DNA of 64,000 nt. Source: Podarcis cretensis. Its lineage: Eukaryota. The stretch covers positions 39,990,001-40,054,000 of the forward strand of contig OX638154.1 of assembly GCA_951804945.1 (NCBI GenBank), read 5' to 3'. A program made the position numbers and the translations under genes. The notes below the pieces were generated by a model. The model had not been told where the DNA came from, did no database searches, and saw only the letters and a program-made list of their open reading frames with translations. This document shows, piece by piece, positions 38,075 through 50,492 of the stretch (position 1 is the first letter of the stretch; each line of letters starts with the position of its first letter).

Positions 38075-41000
38075 TTGTAGACCCAGGACAAGAGGCTGTT
38101 TATTGATGAACAGAGTAACACAGACAACTACATAGGAAAATGAAAAGTAAATGAAAGTGACCACAAGAATAAGTTAAAGGGGTGGGGTCTTAGCCCCAAC
38201 CCATAATAACAGAGGCAATATTTAACTCTATAATTACCACCTACTACAGCTGGGAAGGGGGGGTGGGAAGTGGTGGAATCATTGGATATGTATATTTGCA
38301 AAGAGCATGTGCCTTAAACAATAAACAGGAAAAAATGAGAGTAAGAAGGAAGGCATATGTCAAAGAATGGTTAGGCCTGAAAATCAAAGCAGACAGGCTT
38401 GCGTGGCCTCATGCTGTGTTGCTGCTTTGTTTATCTTATGCCCAGGAGTGTGAGAAAAAGCCTGGGATGTCAAGCTGGATTTGCAGTCCCAGCTCAATTG
38501 TCTGTCCTTAGTTGCAGCCCCAAATCACATGTTAATGTTCCTGATTGTTGTGGCTTCAAAAAGCTATTTCAGTGCTAGGGTCACCACACCAGTGCCTTAT
38601 ATTTTATACATGGAGGTCTGCCAGGATTCATACATCTGTTTGTTTCTTGTCTTCTGCTAATATTACAACCACATCTGCTTGTGTTTTAATAAAACAGAGC
38701 TTTTGCTGCTCAAAACATTGTATTTCCCACCAGTTAGGTGAAGCTTAATTCTAAAACAGGAAGGAGAAGCAAGACAACTGCACGCCCTGACTTGGAAACA
38801 ATTTCCCAAGGTTAGATTTATGGTGTAGTTACTTGGTAGTAAATGGAAGGCATTGTGAGTATGAATAGGGGCTTGCTTTTTCACAGCTCCTAGATGAGAG
38901 GGAGCTGGCACTGGAAACTGGGTCTGGTGAAGTGTGTCAAAGTTTCTCCCGAATTGTGTTCTTATGGAAGACATTAGCAGGTAGGAGAGAAAGGGTGAGA
39001 TGGTGGTGTAAGCATGGCAGTTGCATTTCCTTTGGAACCTGAGACCCTCCAAATATTGTTTGACTTCAGCTCACATCAGCCTCTGCTAGGGCGCCCAGTG
39101 GTCGGGGATGATAGAAGCTGTTAGTCCAGCAACATCTTAAGGCCTACAGGCTAGTCATTGTGATGCCTTTTATTGTACCAACGAGTACAGCTGCCAGTAT
39201 GTCTCTACACCCCACCCCCCAAAGCAGGGCTCTTGTACCTGTAATACATGTGTCATAGAAATCCAGCAAGTAAAGCTTTGTTGCATCCACATGGTAGGAA
39301 TTGTTTTGCCATCAACTAAGCTTCTTAGCTTTCACTGCCCATTTGCAGTCTAAAATGGATGATGGTGTTTATTACTACCATGTCTACGTAGCAGCCCATC
39401 ACAATTTAGTCGATACAAGCCTTTATTATGAGGCTGGTTTATTTTCTATCCCATTTGGAACACTGGGAAAGAGGTAACCTGACTAGTGTGTTTAATTTCT
39501 AATGAGGTGAAATGGCTTCTTGGCTTTGTGTTTATGGCTTTCCTTTTGCTTTGGAAGGAGCTGTGCCTCGTGTCATACTCTCTCACGTACAGCAGATTCT
39601 CACAGAGCCTTTAGAAAATGAACCCATTTACTGATGCCCTCACAACAACAAATGGAGATGATGTCCACTATGAATTACTCTATTCTACAATAATTTAGGG
39701 CTAAATAGAGGAAGTGTGACAGAGATGCTGAGATGAGGGGGCCTGCAGGTAACACGGTTAATTGGATACGCTTATTTGAATTGAATATGCGTGTAAAGAG
39801 TCATCATTAATTTCCTCATGGACATATCTATGATTTAAGGGGAAGATTTTTAATAGGATTAGTATTTCACTTTAATTTCAAAGGGGAAGCTTCCCACCCA
39901 GAAGACAGGGCACTAAATCACACCAGTATTGCTCCTTAATGTATCAGAACACAGGATGAGGTGTGGAAGCTGAACAGCAGCCTTTTGAGAGGCTGGGTGT
40001 TTCTGCTGTATTTTGTGATAGTGAAGCTGTTTATATAGAAGCCTTAGCAGATGCCAAAGGTAGCAGCAAAGAGAAATGTTAAATTAAGTGACTGCTACCA
40101 CGTAGATGCCGAAGAGCCCAGGATCCAGCGATCCTTGCAGCTTCACAATAGTGGAGTAAATTTATGAAATATGCCTTGTGACTCTCTTTTCTCATTTTGT
40201 TATCATGGCATTCTGTATTCATAAGGTTTCTCTCTCTCTCTCCCTCCCCTGCCCCAGTTATGGGATCCAGGGATCCCTTCACTTTCTTCAGCTATATCAG
40301 AAATTATTACAGCTAAAAACATGCAGGTGTTTCAGCACCATAACATTTCTGGGGGCACGTACCCAAAGGATCTGACTAATGAGGTTGGGGATTTTATTGT
40401 ATATCGTACAGGACTGCAACTTCTGGAAGAGGCTTGGCTCATTTGTTTGCACCATCTGCACACTGATGCCTGAATTGTGTAGCCTGCAAAGAACTCTGGT
40501 GGGTGGGTGAGGCAGGAGATAACACCCTCGAAAAGGTCTGAATTAAGTAGGGGTGTCACCTGCCCAGATAAACAGCAGCTTGACAGAAGCAGCTTGCCAG
40601 GTGGGACAGAGCTGCTAAGCTAGCTTCACAGCAGCTGCATTACCCTTCCTTCTTGGGAGGAAGAGGTGGCTTAAGAATCCCGGTATATTAGGGAGCAACA
40701 AGCCATGACCCCAGGTTCCCATTTCATGAAAAGCCAAACTGAGCTGCGAATTCCTGCTTGGTTTCTCCTGCTTACACCAAATGAGCAGCAAAGTTAGAGC
40801 AATGTGGTCATGTCCATGAGCATGTTGCTGGTGCACAATGAACCAGCAACGTAGGCCAGGGTGGAACCAATGTTGCTGGCCTTTCAGCCCTTGCTCATTT
40901 TGAAATATAGTCCCCATTTTTCATTATCAGTTTTCAGGCCTACCCTTCTGGTTGGGCTAAGACAGTTAGTGGGGCAGGGGTCTCCTGGAGGGAGGGGCAC

Positions 41001-44000
41001 AGAAGGTACTGGATGCAGTTCTTCAAAATGCCAGATTGGATATTCCCTTTCTGTATGTCTGAAGACATGGGAAATGTAGCCATGGTTCTCTGGGAATTAA
41101 GAGGAATAAACCTTGCTGCCTTCATGATATGAAGCTCCGTGTGCAGGCACTTATACAGCTATTTTTCCGGCACCTAACAGTTTGTCATGAAATTCTGTCT
41201 CTCTGAAGAATTCATAATGAAAAAAGACAGGTAATTTAATCATGGAAAGTTCCCACAAAGAGTTTTTAACACCCTTTAATGAGAGCCTGCGGAGAGGAAC
41301 TGGAAGGAGATGCCGACCCATCATAGCTTAGTTACAATGACAGTTGTGATGGTGAGTTAAATACTGAGAAGAAGCAGTACAATAGGCGAGTGGGGGCCTC
41401 TGTGTTGTGTCAGAGACTTGAATGGATCAGACACTATCACCAGGGGTGCTATGCTGCAACATATACATGGCACAATATGGTATTTTACTAATCTCTTAAG
41501 ATAATGCAGAGCTTATGCCTGCAGTCTACATTGTAGGAGCATTAGCGAGACAAATCTCCACCTTGCCTTTAAAGAACTGAAATTTCCAAACTGGAATGCA
41601 TTCTGCTTGGTCACATGCAAATGTTTTGCTGGCCTTGAATGCTCTGAGCTGGTGCTAATATTTGGATTTGCAGATTATGCTGTTAGGCTCCTTTCAACCA
41701 GTATTTGCAAACACACATCAGCATTGATTGAGAAAACAAGCTTCTTCCATCCCAGGAGACTCCTCAGCATCACAGCTGAGTCCTAGTGTAGGCTTCTTCT
41801 CCATCCTCTGTTTCATGAACTGTTCTGTGAGTTTCTACCTGCAGATATGCCCTTTTCCGTGGAATTTCTGAGATTCAACTGGTCACTTATTAATTAGCTC
41901 TAGCTCTTTCAGAATCTGCATGGCCCCAATAAATGATTAATGGAGACCTTTGGGGGAAAGGTTTTAAAACTGTAGTGCTATGAAAGTGAGTTAATGTAGA
42001 CAAAAAGAGAAGGTACCTGTCCCAAGATGCCACTGTGCAACAGTTGTCCATTTGAAGCCGAAGTGGTCACACTGTGGCCCTCCAGATGTTTTTGGACTCC
42101 ATGCCATCAGCTCCTGAAAGAATTTCTAGTGGGCAGGGATTATCAGAGTTGGAGTCCAACAACATCTAATGCATCTAAGGCCTCCTTCAAAATTTAAGAA
42201 TGGTTTATGGCTCTAGAAAACCTAAATAATGCATAGCTTCCACACTGGCATTTTAAAAACTGCACATTCTTGTTTGGATCAATGGAAACCATGTAAATGC
42301 TTGCAACTGCTTCAGGAAGCATGCTTTGTTAACAAACATGTGAGGGGGACAGCAGGAATGAGCATGCTGGTTCTGCCACCTCTATTGCTGTTACAAGGTG
42401 TCACTCTAAAGCCATGGATGTACCAGGTACATTTTAGAACCTTAATAATGCAGGGTTCTAAAATGCACGGGGAGCCTTCAAAGCTCTCTTCAGATTGTCA
42501 CCTTCTGTGAGTTAGATGGTGACCAATACAATGACAAAGGAGGGTGAAACTAGCATGTTAACCCTCTTTCTCTTCCTCATGTGTAACACCTAAGTTTTTT
42601 TATTTGATAGTCATAAGAAAATGCACAGGAATGTGCTTATTTTTTCCTCTACCATTTATTATGTACCTAGTGTTAAAGACAAGTGCCTTAATCCAACAGC
42701 AAGACTAGCTGACACAGCCAAAGTCATACAGAGAATTTGTGGCATAGGAGGGCATTGAACTGCCTCCCTAGCACCATAGTCCACTCAGGGCATTTCTTCT
42801 GACCTGAATGAGATGAGGATATCCCATTTTATGAAGGATTTGTTGATTATCTGCTCATGGAAAGAAAAGGCAATGTGTCCTTGCCAGAAACTCCAACTCA
42901 GTCATGTCTCAGTGATCAAGAAATGCCACCATGCCAGGCCTAGAAACACATTGCCTACTGGCCTGCGAGGATTAATTAAATTACAATCAGACATTTTAAT
43001 GGAAGGACTTTGGAGGCTGTTGTCTTGGCAACTGTTTTAAACAGCTGATTTAATGATGGGTGGAGAAGGAGGTTGCTGGGAGAGCTGGGCTTGGGGACAG
43101 AGCAGCAATCTGCTTTCTTAAATGTGGCAGAGATGTTGAGCAGAGATGGGGCTTTTGGAATTAGTTTTGTCTTGTCTTACCCATCATGCAACACGGCACA
43201 CTTATTTTCCTTTTGGAGCTAAACCAACGTTATAAATTATTATGATTGTCATTTTTTGGGGGGGGGAAGGAAAGTGTTCTGTAAATGTTCTGATTCTCTC
43301 CTCGGCCCTTCTCGACTTCTCTCCTACCTTTCCCAGAAGCTCAGCCATCGCTAACATTTTCTTTTCATGCTTCAAACATAGCTTGACAACTAGAAATTGA
43401 GTCACTGAACAGCAAGATGGGACAATGAGCGACAGCCAGGCAGGAGGCTGCAGCAGATGGCTCCTTTGTGACAAGCTCTCCCCCCTCACAACAGCTCAGT
43501 CTCTGTCCCCATCCTCCTAGCATGGAATCTCATGCAAGTGCTTTGAAGCACCCCTTCGCACACAGCGGTTTTCTGGCCAGCAAGTAACAGAATCTCTGTC
43601 AGTGAGTGCCACTGGCCCATCAGGCGGCTTCATGAAGCCCTTGGTTCACATGGCTGGTCTAATCTCCCAGCCTGATGGTTGCCAATGTTTGCAGCTTGGT
43701 GTTATGTAGACACCATGTTGTAATCAAACGGCTACTCAAATATGCAAATCCTGGTAGGGAAAAGACAATGTAATTTGTTTGTTTATCCCTCCCCCCCTCT
43801 CTCCCCAAAGGCCATAAATGATTAACATTGGAAAAGAGACCCGGGTGTACTCAAAACAGTTCTGTTCCTGCTGTGTGCATAGGGGTCTGTTATAATCCAA
43901 GCAGAGTTTTCTTGCAGCAGGAGGGATTTGTATAATGAAGCCTAAAATATCACCCACACCAACAGGCCAGGAGGCCTTCGTACAGAACAAGCCAAATACC

Positions 44001-44520
44001 CTTCTGCTTCATTTGTTTATCAGCCAAGGACTGTATTTTCATTTATTGGAGTTGGCAAACTTCAGGAGGTGACCCGTATTGGATAAAAATTTCAAACTTG
44101 TTTTTAGGTATTTCATTCTAGTGCCCAAAGTTGACAAATCCAAATGGCACTCCTCACAATGGTTTTAAAAAAGACATAATAAATGAAATAGCTCACAATT
44201 TGCTGTTTGTAACAACACCTCAAAATCTTCTGCACAAGCTGGGCAGCCTCACAGGGCTGATCTAAATCACATTTTCATTACTGATTTTAGGTAAATGCCT
44301 AGGTGTTGCTGGTTGGTAAACCCATGTCAGGGTTGTACTATTTCATACTTTATGTGGGGCTCACATGCTTGAATACTCCTTCATTTAACAACAACCCCCC
44401 CCCAAAAAAAAAACCCTTTAAGTGTTAGAGGGGAGACCTTTGCTAGAATATTTTTCCCTGATGTTCTATTTTTGTGTGGATGAACATTCAATACTGTGAT
44501 TCTGCTTAGTCCTACCTACT

Positions 44521-44663
44521 AGATAGCTCAGTTGGTTAGAGCATAGTGCTGATCCCGCCACGGTTGCAGGTTTGATCCCCATAAGGGACAGCTGCATATT
44601 CCTGCATTGCAGGGGGCTGGATTAGATGATCCTCAACTTCCTTTCCAACTCTATTATTCTATG
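44521..44663 (+). mobile_element. tRNA-Ile-derived SINE with a CR1-type tail
   Basis: tagctcagttggttagagcatagtgctgat..cgcca.ggttgcaggtttgatcccc resembles tRNA-Ile. It is followed by ggggctggattagatgatcctc...ttccaactctattattctatg (CR1 3' end). Confidence 0.8.
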
Positions 44664-44843
44664 GTCTGCCAACTAAAATAAAATATTGGGGGTGAGGGTG
44701 GCTTGTAAGCCCTGGCCCAAATAATTACTCACAAGACACAGTGCACACACATGCCCATCAACTTGGGGAGGGGGGCAGCCCCCTCAAATATTCTATGGGG
44801 ACAACGACAAAGGAACCTAGGCCCCTAGGAGTTGGCTGCTATG
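44662..44843. mobile_element. hAT-like MITE
   Basis: Ends ..ctgccaact ... agttggctgctatg; internal aatattgggg / ccccctcaaatatt inverted motifs. Confidence 0.45.
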
Positions 44844-46124
44844 CTGCCGATACCTATAGCCCAAGGTGGTGATAGCCCAGACACAGGTTTACCTCTTCAA
44901 TGAGAATCATTAAAACAATGGGATGTAGGCTTCCGCTAACTAAATTTGAAAAGTCATTGTTCAAGTTTCTAACTATTACCAGCCCAAGCTGCAATTATAT
45001 ATGTAATTGCTAACTCAGACTGTGGGCTGCTATGCCACTCAGTGTACGCCATGTATAACTGATGGAAGATTTTTGCTCTTATGTAATAAAAATATTGTTT
45101 TATTTACTTTTATGTTTTGATACTAGAATTTGGGGCTTTTGAAACACTTTATTGCTTTGGAAGATGTTGCCTGTCACCTTCGAAGGCGATAGGCAGAGAC
45201 ATGCATGGGTGGCAGTTAGGGTCCTCTTTCCAATGCTTATAAGTGAGAAATTAATAGTTGGGGTTTTCCAGAAAAAAAAGGGGGATAGGTAAAGGTGCAC
45301 TAAAGTGTTGTTTTCAAATTTGGAGCAAATTACAAAGGAATAATGGAAAATAACCTGGGAATCGGTGATTAGAGCCCCTACCTACATTGTCTACTTTTCC
45401 ATCCTATCATAGTGAAGGTACATTAAGGGTAGAAAGCCCTAGGCCTGGGCCCCAAATACAGTCCTCCAGGCCCCTCTATCCTCCCTGACAGCTATAGCTT
45501 CCAATCCAGGCCAGAATCTTGCCCAACACTCTCCAATAACGGTAACTGAAAAAAGCAATACTTTAACTGTGGCTAACAAAGAGTTATTCTCCTCATAAGT
45601 GACTATCGTGACTTCAAATTGCATTCACTTATGTGGGGGGGGGGGGAATGCAAGAAGGTTATGGCTGTTTTGGTTTCCCAGTGCAAGTGAATGGGAGAAA
45701 CACAATTTGAATTCAGGTCTGAATCGATCTGGATCAGATTGGTGTCCATTCTGAACTACTGAATCAGGTCCTGCATCAGATGAGAGGGGGTATTTGCAGA
45801 GGGAATAAAATACAAATAAAGTACTGATGGTAACAGTTGCCATTCTCTCACACACAAAGTTGTATAAATAATACAAACATTCTGGCATTGTTAAGCCAAT
45901 TAACACACATAGCGTGATAAAATTAAATTTTGCTGATTCAGTCCACAAGTGAGAACCTCTTGATGAATTGTAATTCAGCAGTTTCACATTGTAGTTTTGC
46001 TTTGAAATTCCTTTGTTCCAGTGTGGAACTATTTGTTCCAGAGCGTTCTGAAAGGTTGAAATGTTCTCCCACTGTTTTTATTAATATTGCTTTTGCTGAT
46101 ATTAGATTTGTTTCTGTTTGTTAT

Positions 46125-46385
46125 TTAGTGTAGCAACTGGTCTATTTCTCCTATGTTGAACACAGGAGGGCATTGTTGACAGGTATATAGAGTTATATAG
46201 AGATACAGATATACATATTTCACATTGGAAGATGAGCTGATGTTGTGTATGACATTATTCAGACCTGTAATAGTGTTGTCAGTGTAGACAAAGGGACAGA
46301 GTTGGCATCTGGGTATGCTGCAGGGTCTGGTTCCTGTATTCGTACCTCTGTTATGTGGCCTGTTGCTCACAAATTAAATGAAGAA
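46125..46385 (-). mobile_element. Penelope-like element fragment (linker Cys motif and start of the GIY-YIG endonuclease)
   Basis: Translation GTRPCSIPRCQLCPFVYTDNTITGLNN...SSSNVKY...CQQCPPVFNIGE matches the PLE C-x4-C-x2-C linker, the SSNVIY...CxxC motif and a degenerate YIG. Confidence 0.8.
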
Positions 46386-46590
46386 CTGTGTTTGAATGTC
46401 TATATTCTGTTTCAAACGAATGCATGATCAAACAATGCATTCAGGTCAAGCCTGTGTTCTGCTGACATTTAGAAGTGACACACTTGCTTTTTTCACTTGG
46501 TGAAATTGTATGAAGAATCAACACATAGTGGGGTGGGAATGAGCAAAATCATTCAGCTTCCATATATTCATTTATTATGTACACATAAAG

Positions 46591-46719
46591 CTGGGATGGG
46601 AAATCTGTGGCCCTCCAGATGCTTCTAAACTACAGCTCCCATCATCCCTGACCATTGGCCATGCTGGCTGGGACTAGCTGAATTCCAATACCTGGAGAGC
46701 CAAAGGTTTCCCATCCCTG
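46591..46719. mobile_element. Palindromic hAT-like MITE, near-complete copy
   Basis: ctgggatgggaaatctgtggccctccag ... ctggagagccaaaggtttcccatccctg inverted ends. Confidence 0.75.
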
Positions 46720-47118
46720 ACAAAGGGCTTGCATGCATTCAAGTTGTATCTGCATAGACACAACTGGAACCTGAATAGTGGGGGACCCAGTCATGAAGAA
46801 AGCCTATAAGCATCCAAGTATTCATTTATGCTCTGTGCACACAAGGTCAATGGACTTGTGGAGATTGGAGCAGGGACTCTCCTCTGTTTTCCTTTCCATT
46901 CTGTGTGCAATTTAACCACTGAATACCTAAAATGCATTCCAAATGTCGTTTGTGAATTCTTCACAGCACTCTTATAATATGCTTCCATTTGGATGTGCTG
47001 GGTATCAAACCAGCCATGTATTTACTTTCCTTCATATAGGCACTTGGTTAGGATCTGCCTGTATTTCTCCCTCATATTTAATGACAGTGATTTAACCTGC
47101 AGTATGTCTTTATTCCAG

Positions 47119-47253
47119 ATCCGAGCAGATGGGCCTCCTCATGGTGGCATTCAATATGAAATGGTGCCAGTTTTCAAGGACGGGAGTCATATCCTTCGTG
47201 ACATGGCCTTCTCCACAAATCATAATTACCTCTATGTCATGTCAGAAAGAAAG
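47119..47253 (+). CDS. PLXNA2: Internal coding exon of plexin-A2 (C-terminal part of the Sema domain; equivalent to human exon 4, 135 nt)
   Basis: Acceptor tctttattccAG|ATC at 47117-47119 and donor AAG|GTAAGC at 47253/47254. The exon is 135 nt = 45 codons, phase 0/0, and translates to [45 protein letters not shown]. This closely matches the recalled human PLXNA2 segment [45 protein letters not shown]. Confidence 0.93.
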
Positions 47254-48105
47254 GTAAGCCTTGCTCTTTAAAACCACAGTAGGCTTTAAGCTTAGCCCCT
47301 CTGCAATGGGAAAGCCTTGCATATTCCAAAGGGCTCTTAACATTTGCTTCAGGTATGGATAGTGCCAAAGGTAGCTTTATTTTTATCTGAGTCTGGCCAG
47401 AGACAACTGTCAGTGCACCAGGGGAGGAGGAGTTTTCCTTCTCATCAGCACACTATTGTCTCTAAGAAATGGAAATTGGACAGTGCCACTATGAATGAAA
47501 TATGGTTCTGGGATTTGGACTTCATTTTGCTATCAAATCCCATCCCTAGCAGAAGCCACTTCCATTCATTCCTCTTCTTGTGTTTGGCAGTAGGCTACTT
47601 TTACATAGAATTGCCCTTTGTTGTTTTATTCTTCTAGATTTCAAGGCTGTGTTTGTGTGTGCAAGAGGCTATGAAATCACAATATTGTGATTGGAGATAA
47701 AATGTGTGGCATGTGGATAGTGTTCAAGTATGTGCAGGATACAGTTTTGTTACATGTGTCTTCTGTCCAGCCATATCCTGACCTTCCCTTCTTTAGTGTT
47801 AGAAAATATAGCAGTGGCAAGGATTCTGGATGGCACTTCTGAATGTTGTTAGTGTAACATACAAAGCATGTTTAGATTGAAAGTATTTTGAGACTTTGGT
47901 ACTTTTTCTTTAGAAATGTAGGAAATTCAGATACAGTCCCATGAACAAATGATCAGCTTAATAAGTTTGAATGATTCTCTGATCCACCTCTAAACCTTTA
48001 AGAACTCATTGGCCCTGGCCTTTAAAATGTCTAGATATAACCAATACATTCAATCTTTTGCTTTAAATTTCACCCACACAGTGCAGTTATACACCTGGTC
48101 TTAAA

Positions 48106-48493
48106 GGGACATGGGTGGCACTGTGGTCTAACCTACTGAGCCTCTTGGGCTTGCCGGTCGTAAGGTCAGCAGTTCGAAACTGAATGACAGGGTGAGCTCC
48201 CGTTGCTTTGTCCCAGCTCCTGCCAACCTAGCAGCTTGAAAGCATACCTGCATGAGTAGATAAATAGGTACTGCTATGGGGCAAAGGTAAACAATGTTTC
48301 TGTGAGCTTTGGCATTTGTCAAGGTGTTCTGTGCACCAGAAGCAGTTTATTCATGCTGACCACATGACCCGGAAAAAGCTGTCTGTGGACAAATACCGGC
48401 TCCCTTGGCCTGAAAGCGGAGATAAGCACTGCACCCCATAGTTGAATTTGACTGGACTTAACCATCCAGGGGTCCTTTACCTTTAACTTACCT
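48106..48493 (+). mobile_element. Sauria SINE, old diverged full-length copy
   Basis: gggacatgggtggcactgtgg head and ggggtcctttaccttta tail. Imperfect TSD acctggtctta / acctggtatta. Confidence 0.85.
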
Positions 48494-49959
48494 ATACCTG
48501 GTATTAGAGCAATCCATACCCCAATTCCCCACTGATATGGCTTTGTGGGGCATCCAACAGCGATCCAGCCAAATGTGCCTTCTACCCAGCAGCATGGTAG
48601 GCAGGTAGATGGGGGAGGTTGGCACAAGGAGAGCTGGGTGGAAGGACACCTCTGCTCGTTTCAAACCCACCTTCAGCCCAATGTAAGGAGGGTTTGGATT
48701 GCTCATTTAGTGCTACATCTGTGCTATCTTGGAATGGGCTGATGCAGGGAAAGAAATTGTCTCTGAGTAGTTGCAAACAGGTTCTGTGATGGGGCTTAGA
48801 CTTTATCCATTCACTACTCACTAGGTTGTTCAATAATTTTTCAATTCAGTCTGAAAGGTTCAGTCTAAGACTTTACCCAAACTGGAAATAGTCACCATTT
48901 GATTGAAGACCGTGGCAACATGTGCATGAATTCTACTGGAACTAGACTGTATCAATAGATGCAATCTAGATAGGAGGTTTCTCTTAGTGTGATACCACTG
49001 TTATCTTCACAGGTTTTCCTCTTTCTTATGAACAAGCACAATTTATCTGTGTTGTCCTCCATGAGTGTCGCTTATAATTTTCTCTACTTCATAGTGATCC
49101 CTCTGCAGTGAATTCACAATGTACATATCTCAGTTGCCCCAGGCTGTTTTGTCAGTACTTCTCATTTATCACATTTACCCTACAGCCATTGGGAATAGAT
49201 GTGGGTGGTGATCCACACAACACTTCAGCTGGTGAGCATGCACCTAAGACAAACTCCCTCTAAACCAAATTTTAAACAGTGAGCCGGTAGCTGAGTCACT
49301 GCTTCCCAGGTTGTGTCAGCTGTTCGATTCTCTGATATTTACTGTCTTCATGGTCCTTGCTCTGAACCTGTTTATGAGTGTGATAAACTGTGCTTCTGAA
49401 AAAAGGAACCAGATTGTACCCGGCAACACCAAAATGATTATGATGGAAATTTATTGCCTTTGCAGTCCACTAGAGTCTGTTGCTTAAGGGAGCCAACACC
49501 ATGTAAATAATCCAGAACCTCGAATGTAACAGATCAACTGCATTCCACACCTGTCGGGGATGAGAAAATGCAAGAGGTGAAGCCCTGCTCTTGGGTTCAT
49601 TGATTCAGTTAAGCATTTTAGTGGCTATCATTCATGGCTCTGTAATGATGAATAATTTGTCTAGTGCTGTGTGTATGGCAGTAAATGAGGGTATCATCTC
49701 AAGGAGTCTGGTTTGTACTACATTTTTATTTGTAAAATTTAACTCTTTGGAAATGGATTTTCAGAAGGCAGTATAATGCACTTGATTTTCCAATTTCTGA
49801 ATTTTCTACATTAGTGCATATTGAACAAAAAAAGACTCATAGGGTTGTATTCAATGTAGTTCTACTCAAAATAGACCCCTTGGGCCATATTCAAATGACC
49901 GATAGTCCATAGCTAGCAGTAGGTTGGCATTTATGCATCATCAAAAGGCAGAGAAGAAC

Positions 49960-50373
49960 AGGCATGGACTGGCAGGGCTCCAAAAAGTGTGGGGTGGAGG
50001 CAGGGGGTCAGGAGTGTGACCCAGGAGTGGGAGCTAATGATTTATGGGACTCAGTGCTGCCTGCATGGCAGGAGCCAAGTCAGAGAGAGGAGGAAGAGTC
50101 AGGGCAGTTTGAGATGGAAGAAGGTGTGCAGGATGTCACGGAGGAAGAAGAAACTATTCAGACAAGGGAAGGGCCAGTCCACTCTTTACTTTCTCCAACC
50201 CCGCTGTCTTCTAGGACCAGGAGGGGCTTGAAAAGGGAAAAGCAGCAACAACTTCCATGCAGGCAAAGTCTCAGGTTGCAGTCATGCAACCCCTCAGAAG
50301 AGGGTATATACGCTGGAGGAGGGGAGGGGCCCCACTGTTGCTGTAACCTGTGGACAGCTGCCTAGAGGTTAGA

Positions 50374-50411
<38 letters not shown>

Positions 50412-50492
50412 CCGGAGCACCATGGGAGCTGCTTCTCTTGTCAATAAAGAGTTAACTATCAACTTCTTTAGCAGGGGCAGCGGTCTGTGACA
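49960..50492 (+). mobile_element. LTR-like element with an acidic leader ORF (133 codons)
   Basis: Starts aggcATGGACTGGCAGG (decayed TGTCATGG) and ends TGTGACA. AATAAA near 50443. Imperfect 5-bp TSD agaac / ggaac. Contains (GT)n at 50376-50409. Confidence 0.65.

Noticed and set aside
44523-44590. Possible tRNA-Ile gene
   Set aside because: The anticodon arm and T-loop are mutated and the sequence is fused to a CR1 tail, so it is a SINE head.
46993-47271. 92-aa ORF treated as a complete gene
   Set aside because: Only 47119-47253 is exonic. The flanking residues are intron read-through.
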